DNA of 64,000 bases from contig JACIWT010000012.1 in the NCBI GenBank assembly GCA_014360825.1, positions 72-64,071 on the forward strand, read 5' to 3'. The translations under genes and the position numbers were made by a program. The DNA is from Chloroflexota bacterium (lineage in GTDB: Bacteria > Chloroflexota > Anaerolineae > UBA2200 > JACIWT01). This document shows, piece by piece, positions 49,670 through 59,617 of the stretch (position 1 is the first letter of the stretch; the number at the start of each line of letters is the position of its first letter). The notes under the pieces were generated by a model that saw nothing but the letters and a program-made list of their open reading frames with translations, was not told the DNA's origin and searched no databases.

Positions 49670-51679
49670 CTACATCGTTGGCACAGGTATCACTACACTG
49701 TCTCCACTGGGTTGTCCCTCAGCATCCAGTGTCCGCAAGCGGCTCATATTCTCCAGCCGGTATAGCCCCACCCGCAATTCAACGGCTGTCGCGCTGTCCA
49801 GGTGCAGCCTGTGCTCGTCACAGACGATGTCACCGGGCCGCCACATTGTAGTAGGGTAGTAACCCCGGGCAGGTGGGGCATCATCCTGGGTGAGCATTGC
49901 CCCGCCGCTTAACGCATGTACGAAGACGGTGTAATCCACACTCATCGGGTGCTCTGCTTTCCAATATAGAGTTAGGTGTAATACACCTTCAGGCCCGCTT
50001 ATCTGTTCGCAGCCCAGGAGAGTGATCCCCTGCTCGAAGCGCACATCCAGGTTGCGAGGCACTTGGCTAGCATCGGTGGTCTCGTAAGCCAAGTAAAGCA
50101 GCCTGGGCTCAGACTCCAAGTCACCGCGCTCGTAGGTGTCTTCACGAGCGCAGATGACGGCATTGTTTGGTAATACTCTCAAGAAAGCCTTATAATTTTC
50201 GTATGGCCAGACCACTAATAAGGTTCGCGGAGTGACGGAGGGTGTTGGAATTGGGGCCTCATCCCAAAGAAGGGTGAACCGTGGAGACACTGGGACGAGG
50301 AAACGCACGCTTGGCCAGTCGCGCCACAGCCGGGCTTGTAGATATACCGCACCAGCGGATGCCGAATCGCTCACCGCACTCATCCGGAACCCAGGGCCAA
50401 TCCAGCCAACACCCGTCATCTGGTTGATACACGCGGCCAGTTCTGTAGCACCAGTTTCGAAGTGATAATAAACCGTCTCGCTTGGCGCATAAGCCAGAAA
50501 ATAATCGCGCACAGTCCAAAGGCCACTGACAGCAACGATAGCGACCAAGGCTACGATAGCGAGCATTTGCCAACCACGACCTTCCATCCAGGTAGCGATC
50601 GCGTCCAAACCGAGGGCTGGGATGACGAAGACGAACGGCAAAATGCCCGCGGCACGCAAAAAATGAGGCGCTCCCTCGGCCAGGATGGTTGGTAGAAGCA
50701 TCGCCGCGACCCAAATGAAGGTGAAGCGATGCCCCAACCGCCTACCGCGCAGGGCGACTATCACTCCGACCAAGAACGCCGTTGCCATCAGCAGATCAAA
50801 CACGGGCCGATAGGGCAAGTTGTGTCGCGGAATGAAGTCGCCTCGAGTAGTGAACATGGCGAGCGTCCGGGCTAGGTTCAGTGCCAGTGTGCCCCAGAGG
50901 TCACCATGGTTGATCGCCGGATTAAAAATAGATACCTGATCAGTGCGGCCCAGGATGATCTCCGGGTGTCCCCAAGCATATAATCCAAGGGGCACGAGCA
51001 TCACTGTAGCGGGGATGAGGAAATAAACAAGATCGTGGCGGAGTAAAGAGCGCCTGCTGAATACCAAATAGGCAATGAAGACAGCCAACGCAATGACTGT
51101 GAAGCGCGTCGCTAGATAGGTGTAGAAGGCAAGCCCGTACATCGTCCCAGCAAGCATGATGTCCAGGTGACGGCGAGCACGAACCCCACGCCAAAGAAGC
51201 CACAAACTGGCCGTCACAAGCAGGGGCATGGCGATGACGCGGAACCCGATGCGACTCAGATTGACGTGCCAGAATGACAAAGCCGTGATAGCAGCAGATA
51301 AGAGAGCGATGCGAGCATTGAGGGCCTGGCGCGCCCATAGATAGATGACTGGGATGGTCCCTGTACCAAGGATTGCCGCGACGAGGCGTATGGCGCCGGG
51401 GCTGCGTCCAAACAGGGCCACGGAGACAGCCACTAGGTAGATGAAAAGTGGCTCGCGACCGTTGTTCGCTGGAAAGTAAATAGGCCGTTCTCCGGCTAGA
51501 ACTCGCAAGGCATCAAGTCCGTTGTACGCTTCGTCGCGATATAAGCCCGGCGGCAACGAGCCGATGGCGTAAAAACGGAGACCTGCCGCTATTGCCAGGA
51601 TAATCAAGAGACAAGCCCACTCCATCCGAGATGGGTGATCTGACTGTCGCAAAGCGTTGCTCTCCCGGCGTATCGCCAT
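49670..51679 (-). CDS. GT83/ArnT-family membrane glycosyltransferase (GT-C) with C-terminal beta domain
   Basis: YRDEAYNGLDA...REPLFIYL ArnT-like motif, multiple TM helices and a C-terminal soluble domain. Confidence 0.65.
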   Translation of the reverse strand: MAIRRESNALRQSDHPSRMEWACLLIILAIAAGLRFYAIGSLPPGLYRDEAYNGLDALRVLAGERPIYFPANNGREPLFIYLVAVSVALFGRSPGAIRLVAAILGTGTIPVIYLWARQALNARIALLSAAITALSFWHVNLSRIGFRVIAMPLLVTASLWLLWRGVRARRHLDIMLAGTMYGLAFYTYLATRFTVIALAVFIAYLVFSRRSLLRHDLVYFLIPATVMLVPLGLYAWGHPEIILGRTDQVSIFNPAINHGDLWGTLALNLARTLAMFTTRGDFIPRHNLPYRPVFDLLMATAFLVGVIVALRGRRLGHRFTFIWVAAMLLPTILAEGAPHFLRAAGILPFVFVIPALGLDAIATWMEGRGWQMLAIVALVAIVAVSGLWTVRDYFLAYAPSETVYYHFETGATELAACINQMTGVGWIGPGFRMSAVSDSASAGAVYLQARLWRDWPSVRFLVPVSPRFTLLWDEAPIPTPSVTPRTLLVVWPYENYKAFLRVLPNNAVICAREDTYERGDLESEPRLLYLAYETTDASQVPRNLDVRFEQGITLLGCEQISGPEGVLHLTLYWKAEHPMSVDYTVFVHALSGGAMLTQDDAPPARGYYPTTMWRPGDIVCDEHRLHLDSATAVELRVGLYRLENMSRLRTLDAEGQPSGDSVVIPVPTM

Positions 51680-51758
51680 AGTTTACCATAAAACTTTGGA
51701 TAAAACTCAATAGCCATTATAAACTAAGTACCGGAAATATCCAAGGAGTTCTCATCTC

Positions 51759-52865
51759 GTGCGGGTACTAATGCTTTCGAAAGCCTGCATTATAGGTGCT
51801 TACCAGCGAAAACTGGAGGAACTGGCTTCTATACCAGGCGTTGAGCTGACGGTTATCGTTCCGCCTTACTGGCGGGAGGGCGACCATGCCATTCTGCTCG
51901 AACGGCTCTACACACATGGCTATGATCTTATCATCGAAGAAATGGCGCTCAATGGACATTTCCACCTGCATTTCTATCCCCGTTTGGCCCGCCATTTCAT
52001 CCGCCTACACCCCGATATCGTCCACGTAGATGAGGAACCGTACAACCTAGCAACTTGGCAGGCCATGCATTTAGCGGTGTCAACTGGCGCGCGGGGCCTC
52101 TTTTTCACCTGGCAGAATATCCTGCGCCGTTATCCGCCGCCATTCTGCCTGTTCGAGCGCTATAATTTTGCCCATGCTGCACATGCCATTGCCGGCAACC
52201 ATGAAACAGTGGAAGTACTGCGGGCAAAGGGTTACAAAGGGCCGATACAGGTCATCCCCCAATTCGGCGTAGATCCACAGCTATATCGCCCTATGAGAAT
52301 AAAAGGAGGTGAAGAGCCGTTCACCATCGGCTACGTTGGACGATTGGTGGAGGAAAAAGGGATAAGGCTGCTCGTAGAGGCTGTGGCGGGATTAGAAGGG
52401 GATTGGCAATTAAGTATTGTCGGTGAAGGTCCACAGCGGTCTGTTATAGAGCGACTGAGCCATAAACTTGGCATCGCCAATTGTGTTCACTTCCAGAGGC
52501 ACATACCCTCCATACAAATGCCCGCTCATCTCAACAGCCTCGATGTGCTCGTCCTGCCATCTCTCACCAAACCCAACTGGAAAGAGCAATTCGGGCGGGT
52601 ACTGATTGAGGCCATGGCCTGCGAAGTACCGGTCATCGGTTCTGACTCGGGTGAGATACCCCACGTCATTGGCGATGCTGGCCTTGTCTTCCCCGAAGGC
52701 GACGTAGTAGCCCTACGAAATCATCTGCGCCGACTGATGGACGAGCCAGAGATTCGTCGACAACTTGGTCAACGGGGTCGCGCCCGCGTCCTCGCCCATT
52801 ACACCCAGGCGCGCATAGCCCAGGAGACCTACCAGGTGTATCAAGGGATATTGGCCGAGGGATAA
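51759..52865 (+). CDS. Glycosyltransferase family 4 (GT-B)
   Basis: C-terminal GT4 motif EQFGRVLIEAMACEVPVIGSDSGEIPHVIGDAG. Confidence 0.75.
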   Translation: MRVLMLSKACIIGAYQRKLEELASIPGVELTVIVPPYWREGDHAILLERLYTHGYDLIIEEMALNGHFHLHFYPRLARHFIRLHPDIVHVDEEPYNLATWQAMHLAVSTGARGLFFTWQNILRRYPPPFCLFERYNFAHAAHAIAGNHETVEVLRAKGYKGPIQVIPQFGVDPQLYRPMRIKGGEEPFTIGYVGRLVEEKGIRLLVEAVAGLEGDWQLSIVGEGPQRSVIERLSHKLGIANCVHFQRHIPSIQMPAHLNSLDVLVLPSLTKPNWKEQFGRVLIEAMACEVPVIGSDSGEIPHVIGDAGLVFPEGDVVALRNHLRRLMDEPEIRRQLGQRGRARVLAHYTQARIAQETYQVYQGILAEG

Positions 52866-52915
52866 TCGAACAGGATGCACCAGTAGGCAAGGAACCTTGT
52901 TGGAATTCGTAACGT

Positions 52916-54121
52916 TTGTGGTATAATTTCGAAGTAGTGAATGAATTTGCTGTGATTCAAAGGACGTCAACGCAAAGTTCGATTGAGCGACATATTGTAG
53001 TGAATGCCCAACTACTATCACTCGATTCTACCTACCGTGCGGCAGGTGTGAGCCGCTACATCTACAATCTCGTTGGCTGTCTGCATGATGCCGACCCAAC
53101 CAGTCGTTATACAGCACTGGTAGGCGAACATGTACAAGGATGGCGTGGCATCGGTCAGCAAATCTCTCGGATGCCCACGAATCAGCCTCTTGTCCGCGTT
53201 CTCTGGGAGCAGACCAGATTGCCATCTCACCTACGAAGCCTTCACGCCGACTTACTGCACGCGCCGGTCAATGTCGCTCCACTCCAGTCTGTTTGCCCGA
53301 CGGTTGTTACTGTGCATGATCTGAGTTTCATTTACTATCCCGACAGTTTTCGCGCCTTCCAGCGCCTCTACCAGCGGACGATGACGCCCATCTCGATAGG
53401 TCGGGCGGCACGAATCATTGCCGTCTCCGAAAATACCAGGATGGACCTACTACGGCTGTGCAGAGCCGACCCGGCGCGAGTGCAAGTCGTGTACAATGGT
53501 GTGGAGGGACGCTTCCGTCCCATTGACAAACCAGAGGTAGAAGAATTCCGCCGCCGGCGCGGACTGCCAGAGCACATGATCCTTTTCGTGGGAACGTTGG
53601 AGCCACGCAAAAACGTGAGCACCCTACTGAAGGCCTACGCTTTGCTGCGAAAAACAGGTAGGACGAAAGTTCCACTTGTTATCGCCGGCGGCAAAGGTTG
53701 GTTCTATAGCCCTATCTTTGCATTAGCGGAGGAACTCGGCCTAGGAGAGCACCTGCTCTTTCCAGGCTATATCGCAGACGCAGAACTGCCTCTGTGGTAT
53801 AATGCGGCAGAAATTTTTGTTTTTCCCTCGCTTTACGAGGGTTTCGGCTTGACTCCGTTGGAGGCTATGGCCTGCGGGACACCGGTCATTGTTTCTTCTG
53901 CATCCTCACTTCCCGAGGTAGTCGGTGATGCTGGCCTTATCGTCGAGCCGCAGGATGTAGAAGGACTCGCTGAGGCCATCGCTCAACTCCTGGATGATCC
54001 CGCCTTGCGAAAAGAACTGGGAGCAGCGGGGCGACGCAGGGCCAGGGAATTTACCTGGCCAAAAACTGCCCAGAAGACTGCCTCTGTCTATCGGCAAGCA
54101 CTGGGTGAGGAGAGCAACTGA
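52916..54121 (+). CDS. Glycosyltransferase family 4 (GT-B)
   Basis: EGFGLTPLEAMACGTPVIVSSASSLPEVVGDAG GT4 motif. Start uncertain. Confidence 0.7.
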   Translation: MWYNFEVVNEFAVIQRTSTQSSIERHIVVNAQLLSLDSTYRAAGVSRYIYNLVGCLHDADPTSRYTALVGEHVQGWRGIGQQISRMPTNQPLVRVLWEQTRLPSHLRSLHADLLHAPVNVAPLQSVCPTVVTVHDLSFIYYPDSFRAFQRLYQRTMTPISIGRAARIIAVSENTRMDLLRLCRADPARVQVVYNGVEGRFRPIDKPEVEEFRRRRGLPEHMILFVGTLEPRKNVSTLLKAYALLRKTGRTKVPLVIAGGKGWFYSPIFALAEELGLGEHLLFPGYIADAELPLWYNAAEIFVFPSLYEGFGLTPLEAMACGTPVIVSSASSLPEVVGDAGLIVEPQDVEGLAEAIAQLLDDPALRKELGAAGRRRAREFTWPKTAQKTASVYRQALGEESN

Positions 54122-54123
54122 AT

Positions 54124-55554
54124 ATGTCACCCCACCTCAAACGAGTGTGGACAACCGCGAAAATCATAAGTGACGCCATTCTGATTAACGTCGCGTATTT
54201 CATATCCTACTGGATTCGTTATGAACTAGAGTGGTTCCTACCAGTCGAGGAAATATACCAGTTACCATTCCAAATGTTCGTGCCCAGCGCAGTGGTGTAC
54301 ACGTTCATCCTGCTCTTGGTCTATTGGGGAGAAGGTGTCTACAAAGCCAAGCGGGGCCAATCCTGGTTGGATGAAGGCTATCTCGTACTCCGCGGCACGG
54401 TGGTTGGCACCGCTATCATGATCGTGCTTTCCGTCTGGTACTATACTACACTATACTCGCGCTTGCTCTTCTATGTCTATGCTCCAGTGGCCATTATTGT
54501 TCTGCTCACCCTCAGCCGCTGGGTCGAGTCGAGGATCAAAGCGCGCCTACGCAAACGGGGCATCGGTGTCGAGCGGGTGCTGATTGTAGGTGCCGGGGAA
54601 ACCGGGCGCATGATCATACGTAACTTGGCGGCCCAACCAGAACTAGGTTACGAATTAGTCGGCTTTGTGGACGATAATCCTGAACGCGGTGAAGTGGACC
54701 TGGGTCGCTTCAAAGCCCTGGGCAATACCGAGAAAATCCCCAATATCGTGTCGCAATACAATGTGGACGAGGTTATCATCACCCTCCCTTGGATGTATCA
54801 CCGCAAAATACTGAGCATTATGGCCCAGTGTGAAAGGCAGCGGGTGCGGGTGAAAATCGTGCCAGATCTTTTCCAAATGAGCCTGAGCCAGGTGGGCATT
54901 GACGACCTTAATGGCATTCCCCTCATCGGTGTTCGCGAGACGATCATCGAGGGCCCGAATCTGGCCCTGAAGCGAGCCATAGACGTCATCGTATCCGCAT
55001 TGGCTCTCCTGATCCTATCACCATTTATGCTTCTGATCGCCCTCCTCATCCGCCTGGAATCGCCTGGATCGCCTATCTTTAAGCAGGTACGGTTGGGAAA
55101 GGATGGGAAGGCTTTCACCGTGTATAAGTTTCGCTCTATGCGCCTGGGCGCAGAAGAAGAGCAGCAGCAACTTATCGAATTTAACGAAGCCACTGGCCCC
55201 CTTTTCAAGATACGCCAAGACCCGCGACGCACTAGGCTGGGCCGGCTCTTGCGACGCCTCAGCATCGATGAGTTCCCACAGTTTTACAACGTTCTGCGCG
55301 GGGAGATGAGCCTGGTAGGGCCAAGACCCCCACTTCCACAGGAGGTCGAACACTACCAAGAGTGGCAAAAACGGCGTCTATCCGTCCGCCCCGGCCTGAC
55401 GGGGCTTTGGCAAGTAAGTGGGCGTAGCGATTTAACGTTCGAGGAAATGGTTTTGCTTGATCTGTACTACATCGAAAACTGGTCTTTAGCGCTGGATCTA
55501 AAGATCATCCTTAAGACCATTCCCACTCTAATTGGAGGCACCGGGGCTTATTAG
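54124..55554 (+). CDS. Polyprenyl-phosphate sugar phosphotransferase (WbaP/bacterial sugar transferase family)
   Basis: N-terminal TM helices plus the C-terminal sugar-transferase domain (ALKRAIDVIVSALALLILSP...VYKFRSMR...GEMSLVGPRP). Confidence 0.8.
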   Translation: MSPHLKRVWTTAKIISDAILINVAYFISYWIRYELEWFLPVEEIYQLPFQMFVPSAVVYTFILLLVYWGEGVYKAKRGQSWLDEGYLVLRGTVVGTAIMIVLSVWYYTTLYSRLLFYVYAPVAIIVLLTLSRWVESRIKARLRKRGIGVERVLIVGAGETGRMIIRNLAAQPELGYELVGFVDDNPERGEVDLGRFKALGNTEKIPNIVSQYNVDEVIITLPWMYHRKILSIMAQCERQRVRVKIVPDLFQMSLSQVGIDDLNGIPLIGVRETIIEGPNLALKRAIDVIVSALALLILSPFMLLIALLIRLESPGSPIFKQVRLGKDGKAFTVYKFRSMRLGAEEEQQQLIEFNEATGPLFKIRQDPRRTRLGRLLRRLSIDEFPQFYNVLRGEMSLVGPRPPLPQEVEHYQEWQKRRLSVRPGLTGLWQVSGRSDLTFEEMVLLDLYYIENWSLALDLKIILKTIPTLIGGTGAY

Positions 55555-55578
55555 GGCTTGGAGGTAACATTCGATATC

Positions 55579-56778
55579 ATGTTAATCGGGCCTCTTTCTG
55601 AAGTTGATAAGGAACGACTCATCGGCTTCCTCGCCGATTTGATCCGCATCCCCAGCCCTTCCACAGGCGAAGAGCAGGTAGCGAAACGCTTGGCTGATGA
55701 GATGCGGTCGGTAGGCTTTGAGGAAGTGCATATTGATAGCATCGGAAACGTGGTGGGGCATATCGGACCGCGGAAGGGCCCCGTGCTCCTCTACGATGGC
55801 CATATGGACACCGTTGGCATGGGCGACATTCGCGCCTGGACTCGCGATCCTTACGGCGCCAACGTTCAGGATGGCTACATGTATGGCCTCGGTGCAGCGG
55901 ATATGAAAGGCTCCCTCGCAGCAATGGTTTATGGGGTTAAAGCCCTGACGGACGCGAAAGTGGAGTTAGGGGGCGATCTCTATGTTGTCGGTGTAGTCCA
56001 AGAGGAACCCTGTGAGGGACTAGCCATTAGCACATTCTTAGAGAAAGAGGGATTACGCCCAGACTATGTGGTAGTGGGCGAAGCCACTGAGATGCAGATC
56101 GCCAGAGGGCAGAGGGGGCGCATGGAGCTCAAAGTAACAACCCAGGGGCACTCTGCTCACGCCGCTATGCCGGAGCGCGGAGTGAACGCCATCCATGCCG
56201 CCGCACGTATTATTGTAGGCATCGAATTATTAGCATTGGATCTGGATGAAGACCCCGTCTTGGGCAAAGGGAGCATCACCGTAACGCATATCGAAAGCCA
56301 AAGCCGCAGCCGCAACGCTGTGCCCGAATCATGTTCTCTCTATATTGACCGGCGCTTAACCAGCAACGAGACCGAAGCCAGAGTGCTCACCGAGATACGC
56401 CGTTTAATCGGGCGAGAAGGTGTGAAAGCCGATGTAGAAGTGACGGAATATCTGGCTACTAGTTATACTGGGTATCCTTGCAGAGCCCGCCAATATTACC
56501 CAGCCTGGGTTACCCCCGAGAACCACTTCTTAGTGCAGCGAGCCATTGCCACGGTCGAAGAGGTGCTGGGATACCGACCAAAGGTGGGTCATTGGCGCTT
56601 CTCCACAGATGGAGTGTATACTGCGGGTGTGGCTGGCATTCCCACCATCGGCTTTGGGCCCGGTGATGAGCGATTCGCTCATGCCCCTGACGAGCGTATT
56701 CGCATTCAAGATGTTGTGGATGCGGCACAGGTGTACGCTCAGCTCGCTGTGAATATTTTGGGAACAGTTCAGCCCTAA
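55579..56778 (+). CDS. M20-family metallopeptidase/deacylase (ArgE/DapE/YgeY-like)
   Basis: Metal-binding motifs YDGHMDTV, GLGAADMKG and a conserved E (VVGEATE). Confidence 0.75.
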   Translation: MLIGPLSEVDKERLIGFLADLIRIPSPSTGEEQVAKRLADEMRSVGFEEVHIDSIGNVVGHIGPRKGPVLLYDGHMDTVGMGDIRAWTRDPYGANVQDGYMYGLGAADMKGSLAAMVYGVKALTDAKVELGGDLYVVGVVQEEPCEGLAISTFLEKEGLRPDYVVVGEATEMQIARGQRGRMELKVTTQGHSAHAAMPERGVNAIHAAARIIVGIELLALDLDEDPVLGKGSITVTHIESQSRSRNAVPESCSLYIDRRLTSNETEARVLTEIRRLIGREGVKADVEVTEYLATSYTGYPCRARQYYPAWVTPENHFLVQRAIATVEEVLGYRPKVGHWRFSTDGVYTAGVAGIPTIGFGPGDERFAHAPDERIRIQDVVDAAQVYAQLAVNILGTVQP

Positions 56779-56849
56779 TAAGGGCATGCTCTCTTTCCAG
56801 AGAGCGGAAATAGATTCGCAAACTACTGAGACTAACAAGGAGGGTCAAT

Positions 56850-57893
56850 ATGAAAACCGATTCGTTCAAAGGAAGAGACTTTCTAACACTGCTGGATTAC
56901 AGCAAAGAGGAGGTGGAGACTATCCTGGATGTGGCGACTGACCTCAAGCGCCGTTACGCCACCCGGGAACCTCACGATCACATCTTGCGGGCTAAGACGT
57001 TATTCATGATCTTCTACAACCAGTCGCTGCGCACCCGCAACTCCTTTGAGGCCGGGATGACCCAGCTAGGCGGGCACGCTCACTTCCTGGACCCGGAGAA
57101 AATCTATGCTCCGGCATTGGAAGGCGACGAGCGAGCCTACTCTACCGAGCGCGTATCGGACGTAGCCCGGGTGCTGGCGCGCATGGGCGATGCCATTGCC
57201 ATCCGCTGCTATGGCGACCCGGTCGGTTGGGTATACGGTAAGGCGCACGAGATCGAGAGGAACTTCGCCTACTGGGCCAGCATCCCAGTCATTAACATGG
57301 AGGACGACAAGTACCACCCCTGCCAGGCACTCGCAGATGTGCTCACAGTCAAAGAAAAGTTCGGCGGTTTCAAAGGCGTCAAGTTCGTGATGAGTTGGGC
57401 TTATTCGCCGAGCGTCCACAAGCCCCGCGCTGTACCTCAGAGCGCCATTATCGCCGCCACAATGATGGGCATGGATGTGGTATTGGCTCACCCAAAGGGC
57501 TTCGAATTGGACGATGAAGTGATCAAGGCATGCCAGGATTATGCTGCAGCCTATGGTGGTTCCTTCGCTGTCAGCAATGATATGAAAGAGGCGGTAAATG
57601 GTGCGCACGTGGTCTACCCTAAGTCCTGGACTGCGGTACCTATGTTTGCCCCACCGGTTGGCAGCCGCGATGAGAAGGCGACCAAAGAATTGTTCGAAGC
57701 CCATAAAGACTGGATCTGCAACGCCAACTTGATGAAACTCGCTCATAAGGATGCGATCTATCTGCACTGCTTGCCGTGTGACCGCGGCTTCGAAGTTACC
57801 AACGATGTTATAGATGGGCCGCAATCCGCTGTTTTTGACGAAGCCGAAAACCGCTTGCACGTCCAGAAAGCGGTAATGAGCCTGATCATGTAA
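56850..57893 (+). CDS. Carbamoyltransferase of the OTC/ATC superfamily (YgeW-like), paralog 1
   Basis: SLRTR carbamoyl-phosphate motif, HPCQALAD, HCLP and C-terminal AENRLHVQKAVM. AGGAGGG RBS. Confidence 0.75.
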   Translation: MKTDSFKGRDFLTLLDYSKEEVETILDVATDLKRRYATREPHDHILRAKTLFMIFYNQSLRTRNSFEAGMTQLGGHAHFLDPEKIYAPALEGDERAYSTERVSDVARVLARMGDAIAIRCYGDPVGWVYGKAHEIERNFAYWASIPVINMEDDKYHPCQALADVLTVKEKFGGFKGVKFVMSWAYSPSVHKPRAVPQSAIIAATMMGMDVVLAHPKGFELDDEVIKACQDYAAAYGGSFAVSNDMKEAVNGAHVVYPKSWTAVPMFAPPVGSRDEKATKELFEAHKDWICNANLMKLAHKDAIYLHCLPCDRGFEVTNDVIDGPQSAVFDEAENRLHVQKAVMSLIM

Positions 57894-57957
57894 CAAATCC
57901 GAGTGGGTGGGGAGGCACTCCCCACCCACTCCAACTCTCCAAATAGTGGTATAACCG

Positions 57958-58515
57958 ATGACAAAAACTAAACTGAAGCCTAGCACTGTCCTTTACCCGG
58001 CCCCAGTGGTGCTGGTCTCTTGTGGGACTATGGAAAGGCCTAATATCATCACCATCGCTTGGACCGGCACAACCTGCTCGGATCCACCTATGCTTGCTAT
58101 CGGTGTGCGGCCGAGTCGTTATTCCTATGGTCTCATCAAGAGGAGCGGCGAATTTGTAGTCAATATACCCACTGCCGACATGGTGCGAGTGGCTGACCAA
58201 TGCGGCATGGTATCAGGGCGCGACGTGGATAAGTTTGCGCTGACGGGTTTGACCGCGATGCCTGGCTCTGTGGTGAGGGCACCACTCATCCAGCAATGTC
58301 CGATCAATGTGGAGTGCCAGGTGCGGCAAATCTTGCCCCTTGGCACGCATGACTTCTTCATCGCCGAGATCGTAGCAGTTCATGCCGACGAAAATATACT
58401 GAACAGTGCGGGCAAACTCCATTTTGATCAGATCACCTCGTTCACGCTTCACAGCCGGGAATACCGCCGTACAGGTGAGTCCATCGGGCACTATGGATTC
58501 ACTGCCGAACGCTGA
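57958..58515 (+). CDS. Flavin reductase-like domain protein
   Basis: 185 aa. VLVSCGTMERPNIITIAWTG is typical of the flavin-reductase-like FMN-binding fold. Confidence 0.65.
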   Translation: MTKTKLKPSTVLYPAPVVLVSCGTMERPNIITIAWTGTTCSDPPMLAIGVRPSRYSYGLIKRSGEFVVNIPTADMVRVADQCGMVSGRDVDKFALTGLTAMPGSVVRAPLIQQCPINVECQVRQILPLGTHDFFIAEIVAVHADENILNSAGKLHFDQITSFTLHSREYRRTGESIGHYGFTAER

Positions 58516-58560
58516 GGAAAATAGAGACCTCAAGTGAACCAAATGGGAGGAGGAAAGGCC

Positions 58561-59580
58561 ATGGATCTACACGGTAAAGACTTGATTTGCACGCAAGAGT
58601 GGTCAATTGAGGAACTGCAAGCGGTTTTAGATCTGGCCGCCGAGATGAAGCAACAGCGGTATACGCATCGCCTGAACAGCTGCTTGGAACGCAAGACTTT
58701 TTTCATGTTCTTCTACAATCCCTCCGTGCGCACACGCCAATCCTTTGAGTGTGCTGCTACAGAATTGGGTGGGCACGCCCAATTTCTGGAACCGGGGGCA
58801 ATGCGCTTGAAGACGGCGACCACCGCCGGTGAAACGGTGGAGGATGCGGCCAAGGTAATGAGCCGTTACGCAGCGGGCCTGGGCATCCGCATTCTGGAGG
58901 ACAAAATTCCTTATTACGGCGCTGGCGATGAACTCATCCGTGAATATGCTCATTGGTGCACGATCCCCGTGATCTCGATGGCCCATGACAAATACCACCC
59001 TTGCCAGGGATTGGCCGATATCATGGGGTGGCGTGAGCACTTGGGAGAGAACCTCAAAGGCAAAAACTTGCTGGTGACGTGGGGGCACGGCGCATTAGCG
59101 CGCTCCTGGTGTTCGGTACAAGAGGCCCTGCTCATCGGTTCTCGCTTCGGGATGGATGTCACACTTGCTTACCCCGAAGGCTACGACCTAGACCCCCAAG
59201 TCATCGAGTGGACAAAACAAAATTGCGCAGCCAACAAGGCCCGTTTCACCATCACCCACGACGTGCGCGAGGGCTACGTGGGAGCACACGTGGTTTATTC
59301 ACGCCACTGGATGAGTCCCAACGCCTACCGCGATGGCCAGTTCCACAAGCAGGAGGAGATTGAAAAGGCCTTAAAGTACCCGCAGTGGGTCTGCGATGCG
59401 GAGAAAATGGCACTGACCGACAATGCTCTGTTCACTCACCCGATGCCCATTGACCGCGGCCGCGAGGTGACAGACGAGGTAGCAAGCGGGCCGCGCTCTG
59501 TGATCTACGATGTAGCCGAGAATCGCCTACATGTGCAGAAGGCGATTATGGCCTTGACAATGGGCGACATTAATCTATAG
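58561..59580 (+). CDS. Carbamoyltransferase of the OTC/ATC superfamily (YgeW-like), paralog 2
   Basis: SVRTR, HPCQGLAD, HPMP and AENRLHVQKAIM motifs. Start at MDLHGK with a GGAGGAGG RBS. Confidence 0.75.
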   Translation: MDLHGKDLICTQEWSIEELQAVLDLAAEMKQQRYTHRLNSCLERKTFFMFFYNPSVRTRQSFECAATELGGHAQFLEPGAMRLKTATTAGETVEDAAKVMSRYAAGLGIRILEDKIPYYGAGDELIREYAHWCTIPVISMAHDKYHPCQGLADIMGWREHLGENLKGKNLLVTWGHGALARSWCSVQEALLIGSRFGMDVTLAYPEGYDLDPQVIEWTKQNCAANKARFTITHDVREGYVGAHVVYSRHWMSPNAYRDGQFHKQEEIEKALKYPQWVCDAEKMALTDNALFTHPMPIDRGREVTDEVASGPRSVIYDVAENRLHVQKAIMALTMGDINL

Positions 59581-59617
59581 CCAGCAACTACATCACAATT
59601 CAGAGGAGTGATTCACA

